A stretch of 63,990 nt of DNA, filler included, from Caldilineae bacterium (GCA_037446815.1; 3 parts of 3 records of this genome joined end to end with filler, not necessarily neighbours in it), one strand, 5' to 3'. Shown: positions 17,668 through 27,644, counted from the first letter of the whole stretch. Notes: generated by a model not told the origin, from the letters alone. Made by a program: numbers and translations.

Positions 17668-18837
17668 TTGTCTAGCCTTGAGGAATTGCTGGAAAAAGGA
17701 AAACGACAAGGATACGTAACTTACGACGATATCCTGTCCACCCTTCCGAAGGTGGAAGAGTCCCTGGCTGAAGTAGAGGACATCATGTTTGAACTTCAGC
17801 AGCAGGGCATTGAGATTCTGGACGCCGAAGGCGCAGCCGAGGAGGTCCTGGAAACCCAACTGGCCGAACTTGAAGAGACCCAGTTGGAAGACCTCCTCGC
17901 CGAGGAGCAGTCCGATTTTGACCTGACCGCCGTGGACAGCGACGATCCGATGACCCTCTACTTGCGGGAAATCGGCCGCTACTCCCTGCTCACGGCAGAG
18001 GATGAGGTCGCTCTCGCCAAGCAGCGCGAACGCGGCGAGCAGGCCGCGCGCCTGCTGGAACAGGGCGTCAGCGACCCCGACCTGGCAGACCAACTGCGGC
18101 AGGAGGTGGAGCGCGGCAAGCAGGCCCGCGACCGCCTCATCCAGGGCAACTTCCGCCTCGTCATCAGCATCGCCAAGCAGTACCAGGGCTATGGCGTGCC
18201 GTTCCTGGACCTCATCCAGGAGGGCAACCTGGGCCTCATGCGCGCCATTGACAAGTTTGACTATCGCCGTGGGTACAAACTCTCCACCTACGCCACGTGG
18301 TGGATTCGCCAGGCTGTGGGCCGCGCCGTCGCCGACTACGGCCGCAACATCCGCCTGCCCGTCCACATGAACGAGCGGCTCCGCCGATTGTACCGCCTGT
18401 CCCAGCGCATGGAGCAGGAACTGGGCCGCAAGCCCTCCACCGAGGAACTGGCCGAGGAAATGGGCATTGCCCCCTCCAAGATTCAGGCCATGCTGGGCCT
18501 GTCCCAGGACACCCTGTCGCTGGAGATGCCCGTCGGCGAGGAACAGGAGAGCGAACTGGGCCAGTTCATTGAGGACGAGATTAGCCCGGCCCCCGACGAT
18601 CGCGCGTCCCACGAACTCCTGCACGAGGACGTGGAAGAGGCGCTGGAGACCCTCACGCCGCGCGAGAGCCGCATCCTTCGGCTTCGCTTCGGGCTGTACG
18701 ACGGCCACAGTTACACCCTGGAAGAAGTGGGGCGGAAATTCGGCCTCACCCGCGAGCGCGTGCGCCAGATTGAGAAGCATGCCTTGCGGCGGCTCCGCCA
18801 CGCCAGCCGCAGCCGCAAACTCCGCGGATACCTGTAG
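17668..18837 (+). CDS. RpoD/SigA-family sigma70 factor (likely paralog)
   Basis: Region 1.1-like GKRQGYVTYDDI; DDPMTLYLREIG, DLIQEGNLGLMRA, STYATWWIRQA, TLEEVG, TRERVRQIE; TTG start with GAGGTG RBS. Confidence 0.93.
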   Translation: MSSLEELLEKGKRQGYVTYDDILSTLPKVEESLAEVEDIMFELQQQGIEILDAEGAAEEVLETQLAELEETQLEDLLAEEQSDFDLTAVDSDDPMTLYLREIGRYSLLTAEDEVALAKQRERGEQAARLLEQGVSDPDLADQLRQEVERGKQARDRLIQGNFRLVISIAKQYQGYGVPFLDLIQEGNLGLMRAIDKFDYRRGYKLSTYATWWIRQAVGRAVADYGRNIRLPVHMNERLRRLYRLSQRMEQELGRKPSTEELAEEMGIAPSKIQAMLGLSQDTLSLEMPVGEEQESELGQFIEDEISPAPDDRASHELLHEDVEEALETLTPRESRILRLRFGLYDGHSYTLEEVGRKFGLTRERVRQIEKHALRRLRHASRSRKLRGYL

Positions 18838-18988
18838 CGGCTCGCCCCGCGCGACCCACTACAGGCGGCAAGCGGCCCGACGCTCTAGCCTCATTTTCCT
18901 ATTGCCACCGCTCCGCGGCTGTGTACAATGCAGGTGAGACACCCAGCGGTGTCCCGCCTTTGCACGCACATCATCGGGAGTGGCGCCT

Positions 18989-20512
18989 ATGAAGACCAAC
19001 GGAAAAGCCATCTTCGCGGTCCTTTCCGCGCTCGTCATCCTGCTCCTCATCGCCCAGCCTGCCTTCGCCGGCGACCGCTGGCGCTTCGGCTTCGGCGCGA
19101 ACCGCAAACTCACCGACTACCCCGACTGGCCCACGCTGGGCGCCTCCTGGTTCCACATCTGGGGCCCCTACCCCAGTTACAACGTGAGCGGGCTCACCTT
19201 CTACCCTATGGTCGCGGCCTACGGCGACCTCATGGGCAACGAGACGCTGGAGTCGCTCCAGCAACAGTACAACTGGAAGCCCCAGTACTACCCGCCCGGC
19301 ACCGTGTGGATCATCAGCAACGAACTTGAGTACGACACCTTCTGCACCAAGAACGGCGTGCCGCTCAACCCGTGCCGCGGCATCACCCCCACCGAGTACG
19401 CCGAGAAGTTCAAGAAATACTACGACATCATCCGCCAGTTGCAGCCCTACGGCCCCACCTACAAATTCGCCATCGGCTTCATCAACGCCATCCCAGAGGC
19501 GGGCCGTCCGTTCACCCTCGCCGACGTGCTGGACGCCTACAAGGCACGCTGGGGCGTGGACATGCCTGCGGACGTGTTCAACCTGCACGTCTACGGCTTC
19601 GGGCGCTCCATTGACTTTGACTACTGCTTCGTGCCCACCATCACCACCTATCGCCAGGTCATGGCCAACAAGGGCTATCGCGACAAACCCCTCATCATCA
19701 CCGAGGTCGGCGTGCTAGAAGGCGTGTATGTATCCGACATCCCGCAGGATTACGTGCTTAACTTCATGGTGCAAGCCTTTGACTGGCTCCGCACGGCCCG
19801 CTCCGACACAACCGGCATGCCCTCCGACGACAACCGCCTCGTGCAGCGGTGGGCGTGGTTCGCCCTCACCTCCTGGCACCCCAGCGACAACTACAAATGG
19901 CGCAAGACGGCGCTGTTTGACATAGACACCAAGCAGATCACCGTGGTGGGCCAACAGTACCGCGACTACCTGCAAAGCCTGACCCACACCATCACCACCA
20001 CGGTGCAGCCCGGATGGAACCTGCTGTCGGCGCCGGTGGAACTCTCCAGTTACGCCATCACCGACGTGCTGTCCTCGCTGGCGGGATCCTACGACCTGGC
20101 CTACACCTACGACGCCCAGACGGACACGTGGCGCGTGTACGACGTGGCGGCCCCGCCCGGAGCCAACACCCTCACGACCCTGAACCCGGGCGACGGCCTG
20201 TGGGTGCACGCCACCGCCTCCGACGACTGGGTCGTGAGCGGCGAAGAGTACAGCACATTCCACATCGCCCTGTACGAGGGCTGGAACCTCATCGCGTACC
20301 CGCTGGTCAGCGCCAAGCCCGTCGCCGAGGCGCTCTCGTCCATCGCGGGCAAGTACACCGCCGTGTACGCCTACGACCCCGCCCAGCCGGAGCCGTGGCT
20401 GAAATACGTGCCCGGCGCGCCGCCGTGGGCGTCCAACCTGGACCAGATGACCCCGGGCAAAGGGTACTGGGTGAAGGTAACGCAGGACTGCACGGTGGAG
20501 TTCGCCGAGTAG
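18989..20512 (+). CDS. Secreted putative clan GH-A glycoside hydrolase with two C-terminal GWNL..P repeats
   Basis: Signal peptide; SNE (acid/base), NLHVY, ITEVG (nucleophile), WAWF; duplicated GWNL(L/I)..P...PG.G(L/Y)WV domain. Confidence 0.75.
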   Translation: MKTNGKAIFAVLSALVILLLIAQPAFAGDRWRFGFGANRKLTDYPDWPTLGASWFHIWGPYPSYNVSGLTFYPMVAAYGDLMGNETLESLQQQYNWKPQYYPPGTVWIISNELEYDTFCTKNGVPLNPCRGITPTEYAEKFKKYYDIIRQLQPYGPTYKFAIGFINAIPEAGRPFTLADVLDAYKARWGVDMPADVFNLHVYGFGRSIDFDYCFVPTITTYRQVMANKGYRDKPLIITEVGVLEGVYVSDIPQDYVLNFMVQAFDWLRTARSDTTGMPSDDNRLVQRWAWFALTSWHPSDNYKWRKTALFDIDTKQITVVGQQYRDYLQSLTHTITTTVQPGWNLLSAPVELSSYAITDVLSSLAGSYDLAYTYDAQTDTWRVYDVAAPPGANTLTTLNPGDGLWVHATASDDWVVSGEEYSTFHIALYEGWNLIAYPLVSAKPVAEALSSIAGKYTAVYAYDPAQPEPWLKYVPGAPPWASNLDQMTPGKGYWVKVTQDCTVEFAE

Positions 20513-20730
20513 GCGCGGAGGCCCCGCCGCTGCCCATCGCGTCGTGCCGGCCCCCCGTGCCATTCCTACCGCTCGCGGCGCCGTGCCCGGCCTCCGCCAT
20601 CGGGATAACCGACGCGAGAATCCGCCCTCTCCCGTGCCCTTCCCCCCACTATGGCCTTCCTCTCCGCCGGCAGGGGCCGGGATAGGCAAGGCAGACCCAT
20701 GACCGAAACGCGCGCACAGTGCGCACCGTA

Positions 20731-20759
20731 TTGACGCGCGCCCGCAACCGTGCTACAAT
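20731..20759 (+). promoter_or_regulatory. Promoter of the Lon-like protease gene
   Basis: TTGACG-17 bp-TACAAT with TGn. Confidence 0.75.
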
Positions 20760-20791
20760 GCCCGCAACCTGAGCCTGGGAGAGGGTACGTC

Positions 20792-23302
20792 ATGGACTTG
20801 AGCCGCTATGAAGTTCCTCCCGACCAACTCCGGCGGGCGTGCGCTCCCCTTCTAGAAAGCGCCGCCTTTGCCTCCACCGCCGACCTGGAGCGCCTGGACA
20901 CCATCATCGGCCAAGAGCGCGCCACCCGTGCCATTGAGTTCGGCATAGACATTCAGTCCTACGGCTACCACATTTTCGCCATGGGGCCTGTGGGAGCCGG
21001 CAAGATGACCACCGTGCAGCGATTCTTGGAGCAGAAGGCCCGCACCCGCCCCACGCCGTCTGACTGGTGTTATGTCAATAACTTCGCCAACCCCGACCGC
21101 CCCGAGGCCATAGAGTTGCCCCCTGGCAAAGCGACCGTCTTCCGCAAGCAGATGGAAGACCTGGTTCAGCGCGTTCAGGAGAGCATTGCGCGCGCCTTCT
21201 CCGGCGAGCAGTACGAGGAGCATCGCGCCCAAATCGCCCGCGAAGTGGAGAACCGCAAGCGCCAGGTGCTGGAGGACATCAACGCCTTTGCCAACGCCCA
21301 GGGGTTCGCGCTTGTCCCCACCCCGAGCGGCCTCATGGTGGGCGTGTACGAGGGGGGCAAGGTGCTGAGCCAGGAAGAATACCAGGCGCTGCCCGAAGAG
21401 CGCCGCCGACAACTGGAGGCCGCCCAGCCCGCCGTGCAAGCCGAAATGGAGCGACGCTTCCGCAAGGTGCGCGCCCTGGACGAGGAGGCTCGCACGCACC
21501 TTCAGAACCTGGACAAACAGGTGGCCGATTTCGCCATCCGCCACTTGTTTGAGCCGCTCAAACGCGAATACGAGTCCATCCCCGACGCGCTGGTCTTCCT
21601 TGACGGCGTATACCGCGACATTCTGGACAATCTGGCTCTATTCCGTTCGCTGGCCCAAGGCCCCGCAGAAGGGGCCGAAGAGCCTCCCCAACGGCGACAG
21701 TCCCCCGTGGACCGCTATCGGGTCAACATGCTGGTGGACAACAGTCAGACCAAAGGTGCGCCCGTCGTCGTGGAGAGCAATCCCACGTGCCGCGCCCTCG
21801 TCGGTCGGATAGAATACCGCGCCGAGTTCGGCACGCTGGTTACCGATTTCAGCATGATCAAAGCGGGCGCGCTCCACCGCGCCAACGGCGGCTATCTGGT
21901 CATAGAGGCTCGCAAGTTGCTTCAGGATCCGTTCGCGTGGGAATGCCTGAAGCGAGCCCTTCGCGACCGCAAGGTCTCGGTTCACGAAATCGCCCAGCAA
22001 TACGCGCTTCTCTCCACCACCTCGCTGGAGCCGGAGCCCATCCCGCTGGATGTGAAGGTCGTGCTCACCGGCGAGCCGTACATCTACTACATGCTCTACG
22101 ACCTGGACCCCGAGTTCGCCAAACTGTTCAAGGTGAAGGCGGACTTCGCCGAGGAGATGCCCCTCACCGAGAACAGCATCATGGACTATGCGCGGTTCAT
22201 CGCCACCCGATGCGCCGACGAGGGCCTCCCGCATTTCACGCGCGATGCCGTGGCGAAGGTCGCGGAGTACGGCGCAAGACTCGTGGAAGACCAGCAGAAA
22301 CTGAGCACGCGGTTCGCCTTTGTCCTAGATGTCATCTCCGAGGCGGCCTACTGGGCGCGGCGCGCCGGCCACGACCTCGTCCAAGCCGAGGATGTCCAGC
22401 GCGCGCTGGATGAAAAGCGCTACCGCTCCAGTCAGCCGGAGGAGCGCGTCCGCGAGGCCATCTTGGCCGATACCCTGATGATCACCACGGACGGACTGAA
22501 GGTCGGCCAGGTAAACGGCCTGTCGGTGGCATTCCTGGGCGACTACGCATACGCGCGCCCGACCCGCATCTCGTGCCAGACCATGCTGGGGGCCGCGGGC
22601 GTCATGAACATTGACCGCGAGTCCAAACTCAGCGGCAACATCCACGACAAAGGGCTGCTCATCCTGGAGCGCTACTTGGCCGCCAAATTCGCCAAAGACC
22701 GCCCTCTCAGCATCGCCGCCAGCATCTGCTTTGAGCAATCCTACTCCGAAGTGGAGGGGGATAGCGCCTCGGCGGCCGAACTGTACGTGCTGCTGTCGGC
22801 AGTGTCAGGCGTCCCCATCAAGCAGGGCATCGCCGTAACGGGTTCCGTCAATCAATACGGCGAGATTCAGCCCATCGGCGCGGTCAACGAGAAGATAGAA
22901 GGCTTCTTTGACGTGTGCAACGCGCGCGGGCTAACCGGCGAGCAAGGCGTCATCATCCCCGCCCGCAACGTGCGCCACCTCATGCTCCGCGAGGACGTGG
23001 TAGAAGCCGTGCGACAGGGCCGCTTCCACATCTGGGCCGTCAGCACCGTGGACGAGGGCATCGGCATCCTCACCGGCGTGGAAGCCGGCGAGCGCGACGA
23101 GAAAGGCGCGTACCCGCCCGACTCGGTCAACGGCCGATTCCTCGCCCGGATGGAGGAAAACGAGCGGCTCATGCGCCGTCGGTGGCCCGTGGAAGCCAAG
23201 GCGCTCAACTGGTTCCAGCGGATGCTAAATCACGTGAGGAAGCCCGCAACCAGGGCGGACGAAAAGAAACAGGCAGAGGGCGAAAAACCCGAGAGCGAAT
23301 AG
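20792..23302 (+). CDS. Lon-like S16 protease (LonC/AAA_32 type)
   Basis: IIGQERA, GALHRANGGYL, FKVKADF, GQVNGLS; Ser-Lys dyad in GDSASAAE and EKIEGFF. Confidence 0.92.
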   Translation: MDLSRYEVPPDQLRRACAPLLESAAFASTADLERLDTIIGQERATRAIEFGIDIQSYGYHIFAMGPVGAGKMTTVQRFLEQKARTRPTPSDWCYVNNFANPDRPEAIELPPGKATVFRKQMEDLVQRVQESIARAFSGEQYEEHRAQIAREVENRKRQVLEDINAFANAQGFALVPTPSGLMVGVYEGGKVLSQEEYQALPEERRRQLEAAQPAVQAEMERRFRKVRALDEEARTHLQNLDKQVADFAIRHLFEPLKREYESIPDALVFLDGVYRDILDNLALFRSLAQGPAEGAEEPPQRRQSPVDRYRVNMLVDNSQTKGAPVVVESNPTCRALVGRIEYRAEFGTLVTDFSMIKAGALHRANGGYLVIEARKLLQDPFAWECLKRALRDRKVSVHEIAQQYALLSTTSLEPEPIPLDVKVVLTGEPYIYYMLYDLDPEFAKLFKVKADFAEEMPLTENSIMDYARFIATRCADEGLPHFTRDAVAKVAEYGARLVEDQQKLSTRFAFVLDVISEAAYWARRAGHDLVQAEDVQRALDEKRYRSSQPEERVREAILADTLMITTDGLKVGQVNGLSVAFLGDYAYARPTRISCQTMLGAAGVMNIDRESKLSGNIHDKGLLILERYLAAKFAKDRPLSIAASICFEQSYSEVEGDSASAAELYVLLSAVSGVPIKQGIAVTGSVNQYGEIQPIGAVNEKIEGFFDVCNARGLTGEQGVIIPARNVRHLMLREDVVEAVRQGRFHIWAVSTVDEGIGILTGVEAGERDEKGAYPPDSVNGRFLARMEENERLMRRRWPVEAKALNWFQRMLNHVRKPATRADEKKQAEGEKPESE

Positions 23303-23327
23303 GCGTTCGGCCCGATAGACAGTCGGC

Positions 23328-23567
23328 TCAGTGGCCGCACGTGGCGCAGGAATTGGAGCCGCACGTGGCGCAGGACGAGCCGGTCCCCGAGACCGTGCGG
23401 GTCTCGCCGCCGGCCCCTTTGGACATCGCCGCGAAGACCGAGAGGCCCCGACGGGCTTCTGTGCTCCCGCACTTGGGGCACGGGATCGGCGCGTCGGCCT
23501 GGCTCATGGGCCGCAGCGCCTCAAACTTGGTCGCGCATACGGGACAGGTATACTCATAGACGGGCAT
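23328..23567 (-). CDS. FmdB-family zinc-ribbon protein
   Basis: MPVYEYTCPVC...CPKCGS plus a Cys-rich tail CATCGSNSCATC. Confidence 0.9.
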   Translation of the reverse strand: MPVYEYTCPVCATKFEALRPMSQADAPIPCPKCGSTEARRGLSVFAAMSKGAGGETRTVSGTGSSCATCGSNSCATCGH

Positions 23568-23599
23568 GGTGCACTCCATGACGCTGTAACTTCACAATC

Positions 23600-23628
23600 A
23601 TTGTACGCGGGAGCCCGAGAAGGTCAAG
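23600..23628 (-). promoter_or_regulatory. Promoter of the fmdB-like gene
   Basis: TTGACC-17 bp-TACAAT on the minus strand. Confidence 0.65.
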
Positions 23629-23689
23629 TTGGAGACTGCCATTGCGAGGGCGCGTAGCGCCCGATGCAATCCCGGCGTGGGCAGGCGCA

Positions 23690-23910
23690 CGTGTGGAGCA
23701 AGTTGTCAATTTGCTCCACGCGGGCGGGGGCAAATCGCCGCGTACCCGCGCAGGGCTAATGCCGCCGCGCTGAGGGTGTAGAGCAAATTGTCAATTTGCT
23801 CAACGCGGGTGAGGGTGAATCGCCGCATACCCGCGCGGGGCTAATGCCACCGCGCTGAGGGTGTAGAGCAAATTGTCAATTTGCTCAACGCGGGTGAGGG
23901 TGAATCGCCC
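23690..23910. repeat. 85-bp period BIME-like tandem array of two alternating REP-like palindromes
   Basis: GAGCAA(G/A)TTGTCAATTTGCTC at 23696, 23781 and 23866, alternating with CGCGC(A/G)GGGCTAATGCC(G/A)CCGCGCT. Confidence 0.85.
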
Positions 23911-24003
23911 CACGGCCGCGCGGAGGGTGAGGCCTGCCCTCGTCCCACATCCTATTCGTGTAGATTCGTGCTATTCGTGGATACAAACCGTGGGAGGTGA
24001 ACC

Positions 24004-25449
24004 TTGAAAGAACTGACCGATCGCGCATTGAACCTGGCCAAGGTCAAAGGCGCAACCTATGCCGACATGCGAATCGTGCGCCGCACCAGCCGCGCTATCA
24101 CCGTCAAGAACGGCGAGGTCGCATCGCTGGAGAGTTACACCACCGAGGGGTTCGGCGTGCGCGTGGTGGTGGATGGCGCGTGGGGCTTCGCGTCCAGCGC
24201 GCGCCTGGAGCCGCGCGAGGTGGACGCAGTTACCGCCCTCGCAGTGCAGATCGCCAAAGCCAGCGCGCTGTTCAAACTGGAACCCGTGAACCTGGGCGAA
24301 CCGGTTAGCCACGTCGCCACATACCGCACGCCCGTCAAGATTGACCCGTTCTCCGTGCCGCTGGACAAGACGCTGGCCCTGCTCTTGGCCGCCGACGCGG
24401 CCATGCGCGCGGTGAAGGGCATCGTCGTCGCCGAATCCTCCGCCGCGTTCATCCGCGAGGAGAAGACCTTTGCCAACAGCGAGGGCGCGTACATTGAGCA
24501 GGAAATCGTGGAGACCGGCGGCGGGCTAGAGGCGCTCGCCGTGGGCAACGACGACGTGCAGAAACGTTCCTACCCCAACTCCTTCGGGCGGCACCAGGGC
24601 ACGGCAGGCTACGAACTGCTGGAGGCGATGGACCTGGTGGGCAATGCCCCGCGCGTCGCGGAGGAAGCCGTCATGCTCCTCACCGCTCCCCCCTGCCCCA
24701 GCGGCATCACCACCATCATCCTTGACGCGACGCAACTGGCGCTCCAGGTGCACGAATCGTGCGGCCACCCTACCGAACTAGACCGCGTCATGGGCATGGA
24801 AGCGGCCTACGCGGGCACCAGTTTCCTGACCCTGGACAAACTCGGCACGTTCCGCTACGGCTCGCCTATTGTCAACATCACCGCCGACGCGACCATCCCC
24901 GGCGGCCTGGGTACCTTCGGCTACGACGACGAGGGCGTGGAGGCCCAGCGCACCCCCATCATCCGCGACGGCATCTTCGTGGGCTACCTCACGTCCCGCG
25001 AGACCGCCGCGAAACTCGGCCAGCGCAGCAACGGCACCATGCGCGCCGATGGCTGGAACCGCATCCCCATCATCCGCATGACCAACATCAACCTGGAGCC
25101 AGGCGAATGGGCGTTTGACGACCTCATCGCCGACACCGACGACGGCATCTACATGGAGATGAACAAGAGTTGGAGCATTGACGACAAGCGCCTGAACTTC
25201 CAGTTCGGCACCGAGGTCGCGTACCAAATCAAGAACGGCAAGATGGGGCAACTGTACAAGAACGCCACCTACACGGGCATCACGCCGCAATTCTGGGCGG
25301 GGTGCGACGCCATCTGCAACCGGAATCATTGGAACGTGTGGGGCACGCCCAACTGCGGCAAGGGCCAGCCGCCCCAGGTGGCTCACGTGGGCCACGGCAC
25401 CGCGCCGGCCCGCTTCCGCAACGTCCAAGTGGGCGTCATGAAAGGCTAA
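24004..25449 (+). CDS. tldD: TldD metalloprotease subunit
   Basis: HESCGH, YDDEG, RMTN, CGKGQP; TTG start with GGAGGTG RBS. Confidence 0.93.
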   Translation: MKELTDRALNLAKVKGATYADMRIVRRTSRAITVKNGEVASLESYTTEGFGVRVVVDGAWGFASSARLEPREVDAVTALAVQIAKASALFKLEPVNLGEPVSHVATYRTPVKIDPFSVPLDKTLALLLAADAAMRAVKGIVVAESSAAFIREEKTFANSEGAYIEQEIVETGGGLEALAVGNDDVQKRSYPNSFGRHQGTAGYELLEAMDLVGNAPRVAEEAVMLLTAPPCPSGITTIILDATQLALQVHESCGHPTELDRVMGMEAAYAGTSFLTLDKLGTFRYGSPIVNITADATIPGGLGTFGYDDEGVEAQRTPIIRDGIFVGYLTSRETAAKLGQRSNGTMRADGWNRIPIIRMTNINLEPGEWAFDDLIADTDDGIYMEMNKSWSIDDKRLNFQFGTEVAYQIKNGKMGQLYKNATYTGITPQFWAGCDAICNRNHWNVWGTPNCGKGQPPQVAHVGHGTAPARFRNVQVGVMKG

Positions 25450-25533
25450 AACGCGCACGTCGCCGCGCGCCTCTTGCCCCCGTGTCAAGAGGGCCAGAGG
25501 CCGGCGGCCACACGCTGACCGAAAGGAGTTCAC

Positions 25534-26877
25534 ATGCTCGGGGAAAAACAATTCCGCAAACTGGCAGATTATGTCTTGTCCAAATCCACGGCCGACCAGA
25601 CCGAAGTCCTGCTCCAGGCGGGCGACAGCGCCCTCACGCGCTTCGCCAACTCGTACATCCACCAGAACGTGGCCGAGTCGGATGCCGTGGTGCGCCTGCG
25701 CGTCGTCATCGGGCGGCGCACAGGCGTGGCCACGACCAACGACCTGAGCGACGCGGGGCTTGAGCAGGCGCTGGAAACCGCCGTGCTCGTCGCGCGGCTG
25801 CAACCCGAGAACCCCAACCTGCCGCCCATGCCCGCGCCCCAGCCCGTGCCGTTGGCCACAGCGTTCTCCGAGGCCACCGCCAACGCATCGCCGGAACTGC
25901 GGGCGCGCGCCGCCGGCGTCTTCTGCACGATGGCCCGCGAGAAGGGGCTGACCGCAGCCGGCGCGTTTCGCACCGCCCTCTGGGAGATGGGCGTGGCCAA
26001 TTCCCTGGGCCACTTCGTCTACAGCGTGGGCACCGTGGCCGATGTGAACTCGGTCATCATGAGCGACGACAGTTCGGGCTACAGCGAAGCGGCCGCCGTG
26101 GACGTGCGCCACCTGGATCCTGAGGCGCTGGCGTCCGAGGCCGTGGGGAAGGCGCTGCGAAGCCGAAACCCGCGCCCCTTGCCGGCGGGGGAGTATCCCG
26201 TCGTCTTGGAGCACTACGCCACCGCCGACATCGTCAGCATCATGGGCTACCTGGCGTTCTCGGCGCTGGCCGTGCAGGAAGGCCGCTCGTTCATGGCCGG
26301 CAAATTCGGCCAACAGATTATGTCAACGCAAGTCTCCATATGGGATGACGGGCTTGACCCCTCGGGGCTTCCCCTCCCGTTTGACTTTGAGGGCACGCCC
26401 AAGAAGCGCGTGGACCTCATCAAGGCGGGTCTTGCAGCGGGCGTCGTGCACGACTCGGCCACGGCGCTGAAGGACGGCGTCGCCAGCACAGGCCACTCGC
26501 TCCCCATGCCCAACCCGCAGGGGCCCTTCCCGCTGAACCTGTTCATGGCGCCCGGAAACGATCCCCTGGACGACCTGATTCGGGGGCTGGACCGGGGCTT
26601 GCTGGTTACGCGGTTCCACTACACCGTGCCGGTGCATCCGGCGAGGGCCGTGGTTACCGGCATGACCCGCGACGGCACCTTCTGGGTAGAGCAGGGCGAG
26701 ATCGCCTATCCGGTCAAGAACCTGCGGTTCACCGAAAGTTACCTGGACGCCTTCAACCGCGTGGAGGCCGTCGGCAAGGAGGCGCGTCTCTTGCTGTCCC
26801 GCTTTGAGATCGGCGGGGTCCGCACGCCCGCGGTGCGACTATCAGGGTTCCGCTTCACCGGCGCGACGGAGTTTTAG
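25534..26877 (+). CDS. tldE: TldE/PmbA-family protein
   Basis: TRFANSYIHQN, PFDFEG, STGH, TGMTRDG, PVKNLRF; lacks HExxH; follows tldD. Confidence 0.9.
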   Translation: MLGEKQFRKLADYVLSKSTADQTEVLLQAGDSALTRFANSYIHQNVAESDAVVRLRVVIGRRTGVATTNDLSDAGLEQALETAVLVARLQPENPNLPPMPAPQPVPLATAFSEATANASPELRARAAGVFCTMAREKGLTAAGAFRTALWEMGVANSLGHFVYSVGTVADVNSVIMSDDSSGYSEAAAVDVRHLDPEALASEAVGKALRSRNPRPLPAGEYPVVLEHYATADIVSIMGYLAFSALAVQEGRSFMAGKFGQQIMSTQVSIWDDGLDPSGLPLPFDFEGTPKKRVDLIKAGLAAGVVHDSATALKDGVASTGHSLPMPNPQGPFPLNLFMAPGNDPLDDLIRGLDRGLLVTRFHYTVPVHPARAVVTGMTRDGTFWVEQGEIAYPVKNLRFTESYLDAFNRVEAVGKEARLLLSRFEIGGVRTPAVRLSGFRFTGATEF

Positions 26878-26977
26878 NNNNNNNNNNNNNNNNNNNNNNN
26901 NNNNNNNNNNNNNNNNNNNNNTTAATTAATTAANNNNNNNNNNNNNNNNNNNNNNNNNNNNNNNNNNNNNNNNNNNN
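26878..26977. other. Artificial contig-joining spacer
   Basis: N44-TTAATTAATTAA-N44, giving stops in all six frames. Confidence 0.95.
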
Positions 26978-27017
26978 CGCGCGGGGCTAAAGCCGCCGCG
27001 GTGAGGGGCGTGGGCGC

Positions 27018-27644
27018 CTACAACAGCAGGCGCGGCCCCAGCGCTTGCAGAAACAGCGCCGGATTGCGGGTGCGGATGCCGTCCGCCCCCTTCTCTATCC
27101 ACTCCGAGATTTCATCCCTGGTATCCAGTACGCCCACGTAAACCCGCGTCCGCTTCTCCCAGGAGAGAAGCATGACCTCCTCATCGGCGACTTTGGGCGA
27201 GCAGACGATGGCGTCCACGACTTGATTCTGGATGAAGTCCTTGGCCGTTTCCGCGTCCTCTGTCTCCAGGGCAATGGCGATGCGGTGCTCCGTCAGGCTG
27301 GTAACCTGCATGACGCCGATGTGCCGCGCGATGAACGTGAACCGATGGCTGGTCTCGGTCGCCTTGCCCAGCCGTATGAGGGGCATGGCGGCCAGACTGT
27401 CGGGGACGTGAATGTGGATGTTCACGTGGGCGGGGAGCATTTCCAGCAGGCGCACCATGGGCACCGGCCCGTGGCGGGTTACCACGGCCAGGTCCTTGGT
27501 CGTCGGCCGCACGAGCGCGCACTCCACGGCGTCCACATGCTCGGCCACGCCATCGGTTGCGCCGCCGAGTTCCAGCCAGGGGGCGTAGGCGTGCAGGAGG
27601 GCGATGCACGCAATGTCCTCCGGCGGGCGGCGGCTAGCGCGCAT
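27018..27644 (-). CDS. Divergent glycerophosphodiester phosphodiesterase-like TIM-barrel protein
   Basis: C-terminal VYVGVLDT...KGADGIRTRNP resembles the GDPD end motif; DAVECALVRPTTKDLAVVTRH resembles the GDPD E-x-D...H region; its start overlaps the end of the ROK gene. Confidence 0.55.
   Translation of the reverse strand: MRASRRPPEDIACIALLHAYAPWLELGGATDGVAEHVDAVECALVRPTTKDLAVVTRHGPVPMVRLLEMLPAHVNIHIHVPDSLAAMPLIRLGKATETSHRFTFIARHIGVMQVTSLTEHRIAIALETEDAETAKDFIQNQVVDAIVCSPKVADEEVMLLSWEKRTRVYVGVLDTRDEISEWIEKGADGIRTRNPALFLQALGPRLLL

Noticed and set aside
23690..23910. CRISPR array
   Set aside because: The intervening sequences are near-identical rather than unique spacers, the units match dispersed REP-like repeats, and no cas genes are present.
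23328..26877. RiPP cluster (TldD/E plus a small Cys-rich peptide)
   Set aside because: The small ORF is a typical FmdB zinc-ribbon protein and no YcaO or other modifying enzyme is adjacent.
26922..26933. TTAATTAATTAA palindrome (also 53407-53418)
   Set aside because: Centred in exactly 44+44 Ns; an artificial six-frame-stop linker. Gene adjacency across these points is not biological evidence.
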